Made by a program: the position numbers and the translations under genes
NCBI RefSeq assembly: GCF_006345805.1
Contig: NC_043006.1
Span: forward strand, 34,720,001-34,784,000
Source of the DNA: Octopus sinensis
Taxonomy: Eukaryota
DNA length: 64,000 nucleotides
Direction: 5' to 3'
In this document: positions 14,009 to 26,454 of the stretch, piece after piece
Numbering within the stretch: the stretch's first letter is position 1
How the letters are laid out: every line of letters starts with the position of its first letter
The notes under the pieces: generated by a model
The model's input: only the letters and a program-made list of their open reading frames with translations
Database searches by the model: none
Told to the model about the DNA's origin: nothing

Positions 14009-14319
14009 CATTTCTAAATCTCTCAGAGAGAGTTATGCTGTAACAGCACGATAAAGCGATAGTATCAAGAATCCCCGTACCTATATATAAATGATGCATG
14101 CATGTAAATTGTATGTATTTATTATATTATCTTTCTCTTTTTAATTCAATGTTAGTTAAAATGTTTGATAGCAAGGATGCCAACGAAAGGACCTTGTTTT
14201 GCTCATCATCCTTTAAATCTTAAGAAAGTCTTCAGATTTTTATAGTCACAGATATTATAATCGTTTACAGCGTATAAATTAAGTAGTTCCGGTATCTCCT
14301 CAAGCAGATGTATGTATAT

Positions 14320-15150
14320 ATGTATATACGTATGTATGTATGTATGTACGTATGTATGTATGTATGTATGTATGTATGTATGTATGTATGTATGTATGTA
14401 TGTACGTACGTATGTATGTATGTATGTATGTACGTATGTATGTATGTATGTATGTACGTATGTATGTATGTATGTACGTATGTATGTATGTATGTATGTT
14501 TGTATGTACGTATGTATGTATGTATGTATGTACGTATGTATGTATGTACGTATGTATGTATGTATGCATGTATGTATGTATTATGTATGTATCTATCTAT
14601 GTATGTATGTACGTACGTACGTATGTATGTATGTATGTATGTATGTATGTACTCGTATGTATGTATGTAGTATGTATGTATGTATGTAGTACGTATGTAT
14701 GTATGTATGTACGTATGTATGTATGTATGTATGTATGTAATGTACGTATGTATGTATGTATGTATGTATGTACGTATGTATGTATGTATGTACGTATGTA
14801 TGTATGTATGTTGTATGTATGTATGTACGTATGTAGTATGTATGTATGTATGTGTATGTATACGGTATGTATGTATGTATGTATGTATTATGTATGTATC
14901 TATGTATGTATGCATGTATGTTGTATGTATGTATGTATGTATGTTACGTACGTACGTATGTATGTATGTATGTATGTATGTATGTATGTATGTACGTATG
15001 TATGTATGTATGTATGTATGTACGTACGTACGTATGTATGTATGTATGTATGTACGTATGTATGTATGTATGTATGTATGTATGTATGTATGTGTATGTA
15101 TGTATGTATGTATGCATGTATGTATGTATGAATGTACATGTGTGTGTATA
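14320..15150. repeat. About 830-bp (TATG)n array with TACG variants
   Basis: Direct reading. Confidence 0.95.
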
Positions 15151-15151
15151 T

Positions 15152-15265
15152 ATGTCATTATTCAGATTTATTTCAAGATTTCTTGCCAATAGAAAAGAGC
15201 CAGTTTCTAACCTAGATCCAAGGCTCCTTCTTTGGAATTTCAACATCAAAAACAGGGTATTTTTG
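15152..15265 (-). mobile_element. 3' end of a REL-type LINE embedded in (TACA)n
   Basis: Near-identical to 55694-55810 (GGAGCCTTGGATCTAGGTTAGAAAC), which adjoins REL-like coding remnants. Confidence 0.65.
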
Positions 15266-16019
15266 TTTGTATGACTGCATGTTTGTATGGATTTCTGTAT
15301 TTCTGTATTTTTGTATGTATGTATGTATGTATGTATGTATGTATGTATGTATGTATGTATGTATGTATGTTGCATGCATAACTGTGCCACTTGTGCCTTT
15401 GCAAGGAACCTGTGACAATCTCAGAACTGAATCATTTTCTTATATTCGTTTCTTCGTTTTTTTTTATTTCAGTCAACGGGCTGCGACCATGCTGGGCCAA
15501 TACCTACAAGGCTTTTCTTTTAATCCATTGTATCGACCTCAGTTCCTATTTTATGTTCGTATTTGTTTTATCAATCTCTATTTATCAAATGGTTAAGTTA
15601 CTCATTTTTTCGTAAATACTTGTAACCAAATTGCTAGGCCGGTTGCTCAAAGCTATATTCCTCCATTCTCTCTGAGAGCTTCTTTTTTTTCTTTTCAGAA
15701 TGAGGCGACTGAACGCAACTGTTTGGACGCTGATGATTGTACATAGTTTAAGGAAGAGTGAAACCTATTTTGGCGACTGTTATTTTTAGCACTAGAAGCA
15801 AATACATGCACGCATCCACGCAGAAATATACACATAGAGAGAGAGAGAAAGAGAGAGTATGTGTGTGTGTGTGTGTGTGCTCACATGCATAAACAGAGAG
15901 AGAAGGTGGGAGATTGAGAGTGGTGGGAAGAGAACAGGAAAATCATTAAAACATCTGATGTCAAATAAGGCAGCGTCGAATCATCGATGCTAAAAAAGCA
16001 GGGCTCAAAACCTTTTTTC

Positions 16020-17250
16020 GTACCCCCGTCACTGCACACACATTTCTGTCTTCAAATATCTGGCCAATATTCCTGATATTATGAAGTGGATAAGCAACGT
16101 TATTACTTATCTATTTGAAGCATTTCTCCTATAATTCCATCCCATTCAGGGAGTTTTTCCCTTCCCTAATTGCTCAATATTTCTTGCTCTTTCTTCAACA
16201 GACATTTAGCGTGTTGCAATTCATAACTCTTCTCGACCTTCACCAATTAGCAGTGTTTCTTGCATTAAACGCCTTATTCATGGCTGCATTAAATATTTCC
16301 CTTACCATTCTTGCATAACTACATGTTATTAGTTTATCATCAGAACTGTACAAAAGCAGTCTTTCTAATCTCTTCACCTATAATCTCTTTTACTATTTCA
16401 TAAACATTTTTTCCGTTTCCTCGACTATTTCCTGCATTGAGTAATTTATCTGTTTCATCAGTTTTAAACTTTCGAGAATCATATTTTATCGCTTCTTGAA
16501 TACTTTTTCACCTCTCTGCTGATAGTCCAATATTTATCTATTTCCAACGTTCATGCGATTCCTTCTTCATCTTTCCAGAATCCGTTTTTCTTCCTTTCAT
16601 GCCTTTATAATTTCCCATGTTTCATCCGAAATCCGTTTCCTTCTTTTTCATCATTCCTTTACCTAGAAAACCTTCGACAGTATACCGCCATAATTCCTTT
16701 ATATGTTTCCAAGTGATGTTAATTTCTATATCATCTTCATCTATAACGTCAAGCATGGTAAATAGATTCCGACATTCAATAACACACTCATATATCCTAT
16801 CGTCTTCATCTTTTCCTGTATGAAAGCTTCTAAGCCCTTCTTTTTTTATCCCCCACTTTCACTGCATTGTCCCAATTGCAAGTTGTTGGTCACCTCAGTA
16901 TATTCTAACACCGAACGATATTATGCAATGCCGATTTATCAAAACATTTATCTATTTGGTTAGGACATTTTTTTTATTATGGAGATGTCCAAACATATTT
17001 ATGAATACCCTCGGGTGTAAAGAGGGTACTTCCTATAATAATATTGTTGGCTGCACACATTCTGATCGATATTATGCCATTTTCACTAGCATCTTCTCCA
17101 CCAAGTCTATGTATATTTATCATCTGTTTCAAACCTTCGTTCATAAAGCCGGTTCTCCCGTTTAGATCAGCAATCACAATTTTCTTGTCCCTTGCCGTTG
17201 CACTCTCAATTCCTTCTTACAACAATTGCTTGACGGAATCGTTCTCTTCA
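16020..17250 (-). pseudogene. Decayed RTE-clade LINE ORF (APE C-terminus into RT N-terminus)
   Basis: KIVIADLNGRTG...ENG...CAANNIIIGSTLF...IHKYVWTSP, NQID; downstream DGIIGEML-like segment; many stops. Confidence 0.8.
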
Positions 17251-17292
17251 TAAGTTACATTATTTATGAATACAAAACAATAATACTGATAA

Positions 17293-17471
17293 TACAGTTC
17301 TATATTCAAGAGATGAGGAATTATGTACATTATTTACATTTGACGGATATTTGTCCGCATCTTGTTTGTTGCTAACACAACGTTTCCACTGATATACACT
17401 TCAGCCTTCATCAGGTGTCTTGGGTAAATTTCGAACTTTGGTTCTCATTCCTAAGGTATTTTTCGATGTTA

Positions 17472-17528
<57 letters not shown>

Positions 17529-17598
17529 TCACTGCCTCTAATCGAACTCAGAATCTTGGGGTTAGTAGCCCGCGCTCTTAACCACTACGCCATATGCC
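17293..17598 (-). mobile_element. Composite short element: tRNA-like Pol III head + (AAT)n + hammerhead-bearing tail
   Basis: Head GGCATATGGCGTAGTGGTTAAGAGCGCGGG...GAGTTCGATT (A and B boxes) 17598-17523; (AAT)n 17522-17471; tail with HHR 17418-17375. Confidence 0.75.
17375..17418 (-). ncRNA. Minimal type I hammerhead ribozyme, stem II partly disrupted
   Basis: ACAC-CUGAUGA-A-GGCUG..CAGUG-GAAAC-GUU^GUGU; palindromic AACGUU stem III. Confidence 0.75.
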
Positions 17599-17606
17599 GT
17601 GAGCTA

Positions 17607-17878
<272 letters not shown>

Positions 17879-17880
<2 letters not shown>

Positions 17881-18026
17881 CATCGAAAAATACCTTAGGA
17901 ATGAGAACCCAGGTTCGAAATTTCTCCAAGACACCCGAGGAAAGCTGGAGGGTATACCAGCCGAAACGTTGTGTTAACAACAAACAAGATGAGGACAAAT
18001 ATCTGTCAAATGTAAATAATGTACAT
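17879..18026 (+). mobile_element. Inverted second copy of the HHR tail (pLTR-like)
   Basis: 148-bp reverse complement of 17323-17470. Confidence 0.85.
17931..17974 (+). ncRNA. Minimal type I hammerhead, core mutated (CCGAGGA)
   Basis: ACAC-CCGAGGA-A-AGCUG..CAGCC-GAAAC-GUU^GUGU. Confidence 0.6.
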
Positions 18027-18829
18027 TATGTACATAATACTGATGTTGCATTGTTTAGCTTTAAGTACACAACTAAAATAGCCAACTAGTCTTCGAGAAA
18101 ATCAAAGATTAGATCGAATTCGAACGTGATACATCAACTCCAAGCTTAACAGGAATAAAATTCAGCCTCAAAAAAGAACTAAAGAAAGAAAATAACGAAG
18201 AAAAATAAACCTTAGAAAACCAGAAATCTAATTTTTGCCACCAACGAAAGCACAAAGAAAGAAATAAAACACCATGGAAAGTATTTAGTTGAATGGAGGA
18301 CAAGTGCAACAATGAGTTGGTTAATGCACAGTACACAGTAGTCGGTGTTGCTAATTAGATTTTTGATGTGGCGTGTTAAATATGTTTACTCCAGCTTAAA
18401 CTATTAAATAATGTATTCTGAGATAAACTGTCTGGAGTGAGTGGATGGTCAATACTGGAACGCTGTTGATCATAGGTCCGATCGATTATTAGGTTTGATA
18501 ACAACAACCTCTAGTCGTTCCAATGACGACCTTTGTGCAATGAGACTGTTCGATCCGAGCTGATCTGGATTACACAACAACAACAACAACGTTAACACCA
18601 CAGCATAACATCGCTAATAGCACTTATTGCCATGGTGATACTCCCACGAAAACGAAAAACACTTGTATCTGGTTGCCTGATCTGCTAAAAATAGCTAGCA
18701 AATTCTCCTCGAATCCTGCTGCACCATCTTGGAGAATGCTACAATAGTGAGTATGGTCCTAGGTTTCCTGTGCATAGTAAATGTTAAAGATATTTGTGTA
18801 ATTTGAGGGAGATGTGGCTGCTATTTTAA

Positions 18830-19050
18830 CCCTTTGCCTGTCCTGTGTCTCACATGTGACACAAAGGACATATTTCCCGAACATCCATGCAACATATGAT
18901 ACACATTCGCAATATTTTGTCATCCACCAGAATAACTTGGGACGTATGAAAGGCTGGTTTTATGGTACTCACAACGTATAAAACCAAGGATTAAATAAAA
19001 GTCTGAAAACAAATATGGTCGTTTAGGAAAAAATTTGGGCAGAGAAAGGA
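18830..19050. mobile_element. Possible old piggyBac-type MITE
   Basis: TTAA|CCCTTTGCCTGTCC left end; degenerate GGGCAGAGAAAGG right end. Confidence 0.3.
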
Positions 19051-19084
19051 TCAGACAACAATAGCAACATCACCGAAGAAGGCT

Positions 19085-19251
19085 GGTCAATTACGTCGAA
19101 CCCCAGTGCTCAACTGGTACTTATTTCGTTGATCCCGAAAGGATGAAAGGCAAGTCGACCTCAGTAGAATTTGAACGCAGAACGTAGCGACGCGCGAAAT
19201 GCCGCTAAGCACATTGCCCAGCATGCTAACGATTCTGCCATCTCCCCGCCT
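19085..19251 (-). mobile_element. SINE family A
   Basis: Family body and head CTGCCATCTCCCCGCC. Confidence 0.75.
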
Positions 19252-19309
19252 CCAACAATAGCGAGAACTACTTACACCACTGTAGTTACCATTACCTCCA
19301 TCAACATTT

Positions 19310-19738
19310 ACTACTAACACCGCCACCAACAACGCCACCACCACCAACAACAACAACAACAACAACAACACCAACACACCACCACCATCGCCAATACGAC
19401 TAATAGAACAACACCTACCAATATTTCAAACAATTCCACTGTTGGCAGAAACACCACCACAACTACACCTCCTCCTCTTCCTCCACCTCCTTCTCCTCCT
19501 CCTCCTCCTCCTACTACTACTACTACCACAACCACCACCCCCATTGCTACTACTACTACAACTACTACTACTAACACCACCACCACCATTACTACTACTA
19601 CTATTACTACTACCACCACCACCACCATTATTACTACTACTACTACAACTATTACTACTCCCACCACCACCATTACTACTACTACTATTACTATTGCTAC
19701 TACCACAACCACCATCACTGCTACTACTACTACTACTA

Positions 19739-19778
<40 letters not shown>

Positions 19779-19880
19779 GACCAACACCAAAGCCAAGACC
19801 ACCACTGCCATTTCTACTATTACTACTATCACTACTACTATTGTTGCTGCTGCTGACACCTTCACCATCATCACCACCAC
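19310..19880. repeat. Cryptic trinucleotide field (ACC/ACT/CCT/AAC)
   Basis: Direct reading; source of the poly-V/S/L ORFs. Confidence 0.9.
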
Positions 19881-20752
19881 TAAGGCTAGAACGTCCAGCA
19901 ACGCCAGTCACTTCTCAAACCTCTTCTCGCACCACCAATTTCACCAAAGACCACTGTATCTAGCAACCGCCCCACCAACGCCGCCAGCGCTAACAACACC
20001 GCCTTCACCATCACCTCACCCACACCAACCTGCACCCACAACGGTAGCGCTAACACACCTACCACACCCTTCATTACTATCTGCTACAACCTCCCCACTT
20101 ATCTACATCTCCTTTCACCGCCACCCCGACGGGCAGCTACCACTCTCTCGACCCTTAATACCTCGAACAAACACCACAGCTACAAATTACCCCCCCCCCA
20201 GCCTTCATCACCCTCACCGTCACAATCGCTATAAACCCTCCCCGTCGTACTAGGTTCAGCGACCTTCAAATATCTGCTGTATCTATCGGCAGCGCTAAAA
20301 ATTCATGTAATATTTAATATTTACACTGGTTGCCTCTAATGTTGACTTTATCAAGTCAATTTTGGTGTTAAAAACTTATTTTATTAGCTTGCCTCCGAGT
20401 TATAGCATTCATTGTTTGGATACACATTGATTGGCCAATGCTCGCAGACCAATTCTTATTAAATTATTATTATGATACCAGTGTGTATGTAAATATGTCT
20501 GCATGTACATGTATGGCTGTATGTATGTATGATGTCCGTAAACATAAGACTGTATAAGTCTGTATATCTGTATAATGTATACATACACACACAGACACAC
20601 ATATATATACGCAGAAATACGAACATGTCTATACATATATGTATGTGTATTGTATGTATATACAAGAGTATTTGTGATGGATACACACATATACACATAC
20701 ACGCAAATGTATGTACGTTTGATTGTTTATATATGTGTATATATATATCGTA

Positions 20753-20791
<39 letters not shown>

Positions 20792-21613
20792 GAGCGCACA
20801 CGTAAGCATACACACTCTCACACATACATACTTGCCAATATATGTTGATGTATAGATGTATGTATGCGTAAATGTATGTGGTACACACATATAAATACAT
20901 TTATACATTCTGTTTGAATGCAGTCTAATTGATCACTGCTTAAAGGCCAATTTTCATTAAATTATATATATTTTACTAGTGTTATTATTTCTAGATTCTT
21001 GTTAACAGCAGCTTCTCCTTACGCCAACCAATCACAACCGAAAGAGCCAACAGCCTTAATTCATCGGCTTTCTTTTCTTCTCTGCCTTTACAATATAATA
21101 TCGGATATAATTTCAGATATGACCCTATCTTTTCCTTTTGTTCATATGTTTAGTAACCCACTCACTCACTAACATAGTAAATAAACTTGGTCTTACTTCA
21201 ATGCCTCTTAGTTCGCGTTCAATTAGGAAAAACACGTACAATACTAACCAAATGCTGTTTAGGAGATGTGAATGGAATAGTAACCGAATCAACTAGACTG
21301 AAGGGCTATGAGGATGTGTCTGAATCAAAAGTGTAAGAGCGCAACCAATATAGTCAAACTCATCCCCTGTTGTATACCTGCATACGCATTCACTAGCATA
21401 CATACACATATATACATATCTGTAGACAGGGAGCTATAAAGCAAATACATGTCTATGTGTGTGTATTAGGCGTATGTGTATGTGTGCGTGCAAGTGTGGT
21501 TTTGTAATGCAATATATTAACAAGCAAATAATTAGCCATTCTATGAAAACATATGTAACATAATTTCAACAATGATCTCATTTCATATCCATTTCTCTCT
21601 GTATGTGTGTATA

Positions 21614-21659
<46 letters not shown>

Positions 21660-21661
<2 letters not shown>

Positions 21662-21820
21662 CGCAGGAGTGGATGTGTGGAAGAAGCTTGCTTCCCAACC
21701 ACAGGATTCCGGTTCAGTCCCACTGCGTTGCACCTTCGGCAAGTGTCTTCTACTATAGCCTCGAACCGATCAAAGCCTTGTGAATGGATCTGCTAGACGG
21801 AAACGGAAAGAAGCCCGTCG
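21660..21820 (+). mobile_element. SINE family B 5' half (3' half at 25790-25980)
   Basis: GGCGCAGGAGTGG...GAAGCCCGTCG then (TA)n; the matching 3' half resumes after 25720. Confidence 0.85.
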
Positions 21821-21828
21821 TATATATA

Positions 21829-21852
<24 letters not shown>

Positions 21853-21867
<15 letters not shown>

Positions 21868-22083
21868 ATAAATATTAGGGAATAAATCCAAATTTACAGG
21901 GAAAAAATCAGATTTAGGATTAAATCCAATTTTATAGTCAATATTATATAATATTATTAGAGACAAAACCACTATTTTGCAAAACAAACAAGGAAAGACT
22001 TAATCAATACATAAAATTTTAATAAATAGTCAAAAAAACCGCCACTACAATTGTTCTTGTCTTGATCGACAATCTTCAGGTGG
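21853..22083 (-). mobile_element. Penelope-like pLTR
   Basis: Contains an HHR; about 118 bp repeated in inverted orientation at 25545-25661. Confidence 0.75.
22042..22083 (-). ncRNA. Minimal type I hammerhead (one A missing from GAAA)
   Basis: CCAC-CUGAAGA-UUGUC gaucaa GACAA-GAAC-AAUU-GUA^GUGG; the partner copy at 25545 has intact GAAAC. Confidence 0.75.
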
Positions 22084-22479
22084 ACTTCCAATCTAAAATA
22101 TCAATATTTTAAAATATAAAAATAATAATTTTAAAATAATTAAAGTATTAATGAAAAAATATAAATATATAATCTATATATAACCTATATATAATCCATA
22201 TATAATCAATATATAAACAATATATAAACTAAAATAAACCTATCAACAATTAAATATAAAATATAAAATATAAAATATAAAATATAAAACAAAACAAAAA
22301 AATAAACTATATATACACCCATACACTTATAACTAATTATATATAACCATATCTAAATACATACACTAAATCACACACCTATATATATATCCCTATACAT
22401 ACACATAAAAACGTCTAGGCAACGATAAATAAATAAAATAGCTAAATACTTCAACACAATACTTATTCATACTCCCGAA

Positions 22480-24680
22480 CACACACATACAACCCACATT
22501 CCCGCTCTAGAAACGGACATCACTTAAAATTATGAACAGAGAAATGGAATAAATGGAATTAAAAATTATATTCACTTGGTAAAACGAACATTACTTAAAA
22601 ATTATGAATGAAATAATGCAATAAAACAACAGACATCGCAAATAGACACAAATTACTACGAATTCCTTAACAAAACTACCATGATAAACCAAAACTCATA
22701 AAAACATATAATGATAAAATCTCCCTTTACTAAACTCTATAACATACCTATATAGCAATCCCCCTAACCTAAACATTCACCACAAATACACACACGTAAA
22801 CACACACCCACGACATATACAAATACCCACCCCACTTACACATACCTATACATACATATAACCTCAACATATACTCCAAAAACCCACTCAACCCCACACA
22901 GACAAATAAACACATACATCCCCAAACCTAAATAGCAAACCCATAAGCACATTCACACACAAATATACATACGTAAAACACACACCATATACATATACAT
23001 ACTCACCAAACTCGATATATACAACAATATTAACACACCCACATTCATACAGATAAACAAACTACACAACCAAAATACGCACACACTCACACACAATCCC
23101 ACATACATAAACACTCCAAAGAAAAACAACATTATTACACATAATACGATATATAAAATACATCGTAAATAACAATATGACATAAGGAGAAATAATATAC
23201 ATACTTTCAAGTCAGTTTCAAATTATGAAGTGAAATTAAATTCTAATCCGTTAAAAACATCAAACCAAATTACGTTACCATAAGAACATAACTTATGTAT
23301 AAAAAGAATACGCGCTATGGAAGCAAACCTCACTTAAAATTATGAATGGAGAAATAGAATAAATGGAATTAAAAATTATATACACGCGGTAAACCAACAT
23401 TATTTTAAAAAATTATGAATGGATTCTTTTATAAAACTACCATGATAAACTAAAACTCACAAAAACATAAATGATAAAACCTCCCTTTACTAAACACTAT
23501 AACATACTTATATAACAATCCCTTTAACCTATACATTCACACACAAATACACACACGTAAACCACACACCCATAACAAATACAAACACCCACCCCACTCA
23601 CACACACCCACAAGTACATATAAGCCTCAACATATACACCAAACAAAATTACGTTACCAAGGAACTTAACATATGTATAAAAAGTATTACCGCTCTGGAA
23701 ACGAACATCTTTTAAAATTATGAATGGAGAAATGGAATAAATGGAATTAAAAATAATATTCACGTGGCAAAACGAACACCACTCAAAAATTATGGATGAA
23801 ACAATGTAATAAAACAACAAACATCGTAAATAGACAAATTACCACGAATTCGCTAAAAAAAAAAAAAAAAAAAACCATGATAAACCAAAACTCATAAAAA
23901 CATATAACGATAAAATCTCCCTTTGCTAAACTCTATAACAAACCTATATAGCAATCCCCCTAACCTAAACATTCACACACAAATACACACACGTAAATCA
24001 CAGACCCACGACTTATACAAATACCCACCTCACTCACACATACCTATACTAACTTATAAACCTCAATATACACCAAAAACCCACTCCCTCCCCACACAGA
24101 CAAATTAACACATACATCCCCAAACCTATATAACAAACCCATATACACATTCACACACAAACACACACACACACGCAAAACACACACACACAACAGATAC
24201 ATATACTCCCTCACATATACGCATATACATACTCACTAAACTCGATATATACAACAATATTTACACACCCACACTCATACAAATAAATAAATCATACAAC
24301 TAAAAAACGCACACACTCACACACAATCTCATATACATAAACACTCCAATGAAAAACAACATTAAATACATCGTAATTAACCAGAATATCAAAAATAACA
24401 ATATGACATAAGGAGAAATAAAATACATACTTACAAGTCAGTTTCAAATTATGAAGTGAAATTAAATTCTAAGCCGTTAAAAAAATCAAACCAAAATTAC
24501 GTTACCATAGAAACATAACTTATGTATAAAAAGAATACGCGCCATGGAAAGTAAACGTCATTTAAAATTATGAATGGAGAAATAGAATAAATGGAACTAA
24601 AAACTATATCCACGTGGCAAACCAACACTACTTAAAAAAATTATTATGAATGGATTCTTTAATAAAACTACCATAATAAA
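22480..24680. repeat. G-depleted tandem array with about 1.23-kb higher-order period
   Basis: Marker TTAAAATTATGAA at 22524, 23334, 23712, 24562; marker CAAGTCAGTTTCAAATTATG at 23208 and 24434. Confidence 0.85.
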
Positions 24681-24884
24681 TTATTATATACATTTATGAG
24701 CTTTAGCTCATCTTGGCAGCTCTAACAAACAATTTGCAGTAACCCACACCTATTCTCGATGCCTGCCATTCTACTACACTATTCCATTCCCAATTCTAAG
24801 CAACGCTAGCCCACCACCCGGTTACAATTCCCAACTCCACCCATTCATTCACAATTTCAACGACGTTCGCCTCCACAGCGCTAC

Positions 24885-25540
24885 GTATGAGCCTCAATAT
24901 ATACACCGGTGATTCGCTTTCACATCCGTGCGGATGGGTGAGAGTATGCATTGAGTGTAGTGATGGGGCTCCCTTTGCTATATTCACGCACGGGTATAAA
25001 TGCGGGGGGTATACGCGCACGGCATGTGCGTGTACCCCCTCACATGTACATGTGCATGCTAGTTGGGCTCGATATGTGCAACGGTGTATTCGCGCCCGCA
25101 TACATGCAGATGGGCGAATTGCACAACCAAAATACGCACACGTGTGTGTGTGCGTTTTTTGGTTGTGCAGTTCACCCATCTGGGTGTGAGTGGGTGTGAG
25201 CGTATTGCTGTGGATGTCGAGCTTGATACGTATATATATGAGTGTGTATTGGGGGGTTGTACGTATGTGTTGTGTGCATGTGCTTCGCGCACGTGCGTCC
25301 GTGTATGGATGAATATATGGGGATTGCTATGTGGGTGTAAATTGGGTATAGAGGGGGAGTTTTGTCATTGTATGGGTGTGGGTTTCATTTGTGATGGTGG
25401 TTTGTTGGTGATTTTTGGTATGTTCTGTATATTTGGGTTAGTTATGTATTGTTCTTGTGTGTATAATTGTATACATGTATGATTGGTGTGAGTGGGATTG
25501 CGCCCATTTTAGGGGATGTATGTGTTTATTTGTCCGTGTG
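24885..25540. repeat. Fold-back pair of hypermutated copies of the array unit
   Basis: Palindrome centre CACAC|GTGTG at 25141/25142; 25068-25141 aligns ungapped to 23011-23084. Confidence 0.8.
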
Positions 25541-25544
25541 GGGC

Positions 25545-25661
25545 GACAAGAAACAATTGTAGTGGCGGTTTTTTTGACTATTTATTAAAATGTTATGTAT
25601 TGATTAAGTCTTTCCTTGTTTGTTTTGCAAAATAGTGGTTTTGTCTCTAATAATATTATAT
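25545..25661 (+). mobile_element. 5'-truncated pLTR starting inside the hammerhead
   Basis: GACAAGAAACAATTGTAGTGG... is the reverse complement of 21946-22065 (1 indel, 1 mismatch). Confidence 0.8.
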
Positions 25662-25695
<34 letters not shown>

Positions 25696-25703
25696 ATACA
25701 TAC

Positions 25704-25751
<48 letters not shown>

Positions 25752-25789
25752 ATGTATGTATATGTATATATATGTATGTGTATGTGTGT

Positions 25790-25980
25790 TATTTGTGTCT
25801 GTGTTTGTGCATCCACCTTCGCTTGACAATCGATGCTGTTGTGTTTACGTCCCCATCACGTAGCGGTTCGGCATAAGAGACCGAACCGATAGAATAACTA
25901 CTAGGTTTACAGAGAATAAGTCCCGAGGTCGATTTGTTCGACTAAAGGTCGTAGTCAAATGACTCAAAAAAGTAAAAGAA
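25790..25980 (+). mobile_element. SINE family B 3' half
   Basis: GCTTGACAATCGATGCTG...GGTTCGGC...GGTCGATTTGTTCGACTAAAGG...AGTCAAATGACT. Confidence 0.8.
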
Positions 25981-26382
25981 TATATATATATGCATACACA
26001 CGGCTGTGCGCACGCGCTAATTCATGAACATGCACACATAGAGCCAGAAACATGCAGATGGACATACGAGAGCGAGCTTTTAATCAGCCACAATCCGCAA
26101 ATGCATTTTTACTGAATGGTGAGAAAATTAGTTGACACTGCATCACAAGACGAGAGCTTCCTCATTTTAGTATGACGCAAGCATGAACGGGAAGCCTCGA
26201 CTGTTTTTCTTTCCTTAATGATGACCGCTTCGCTCTCTGTTTGCTCCAAAGAAGCGCAGTGTTCAATGGTCGATATTTCGATTAATTATTAAAAAAAAAA
26301 ATTATCATTAACTTAAAATTACGTGTTCATTTTTTTTTTTTATTTCACTTACTTTTGAACACGCGCTTCTCTCTGCCCTCAG

Positions 26383-26454
26383 GAACAAAATGTTTCGACT
26401 GAGAGTTTAGTCACGTTTTCACCGTTTTTCTTCACATCTAAACAATCCGTAACG
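26383..26454 (+). CDS. Candidate 72-nt host exon (unknown product)
   Basis: Pyrimidine tract CTTCTCTCTGCCCTCAG, open frame EQNVSTESLVTFSPFFFTSKQSVT, donor ACG|GTAAAT, in non-repetitive sequence; no homology recognised. Confidence 0.3.

Noticed and set aside
22100-24700. NUMT, suggested by mitochondrial-like A/C skew
   Set aside because: No mitochondrial protein, rRNA or tRNA recognised, and the block is bounded by pLTRs; not fully excluded without BLAST
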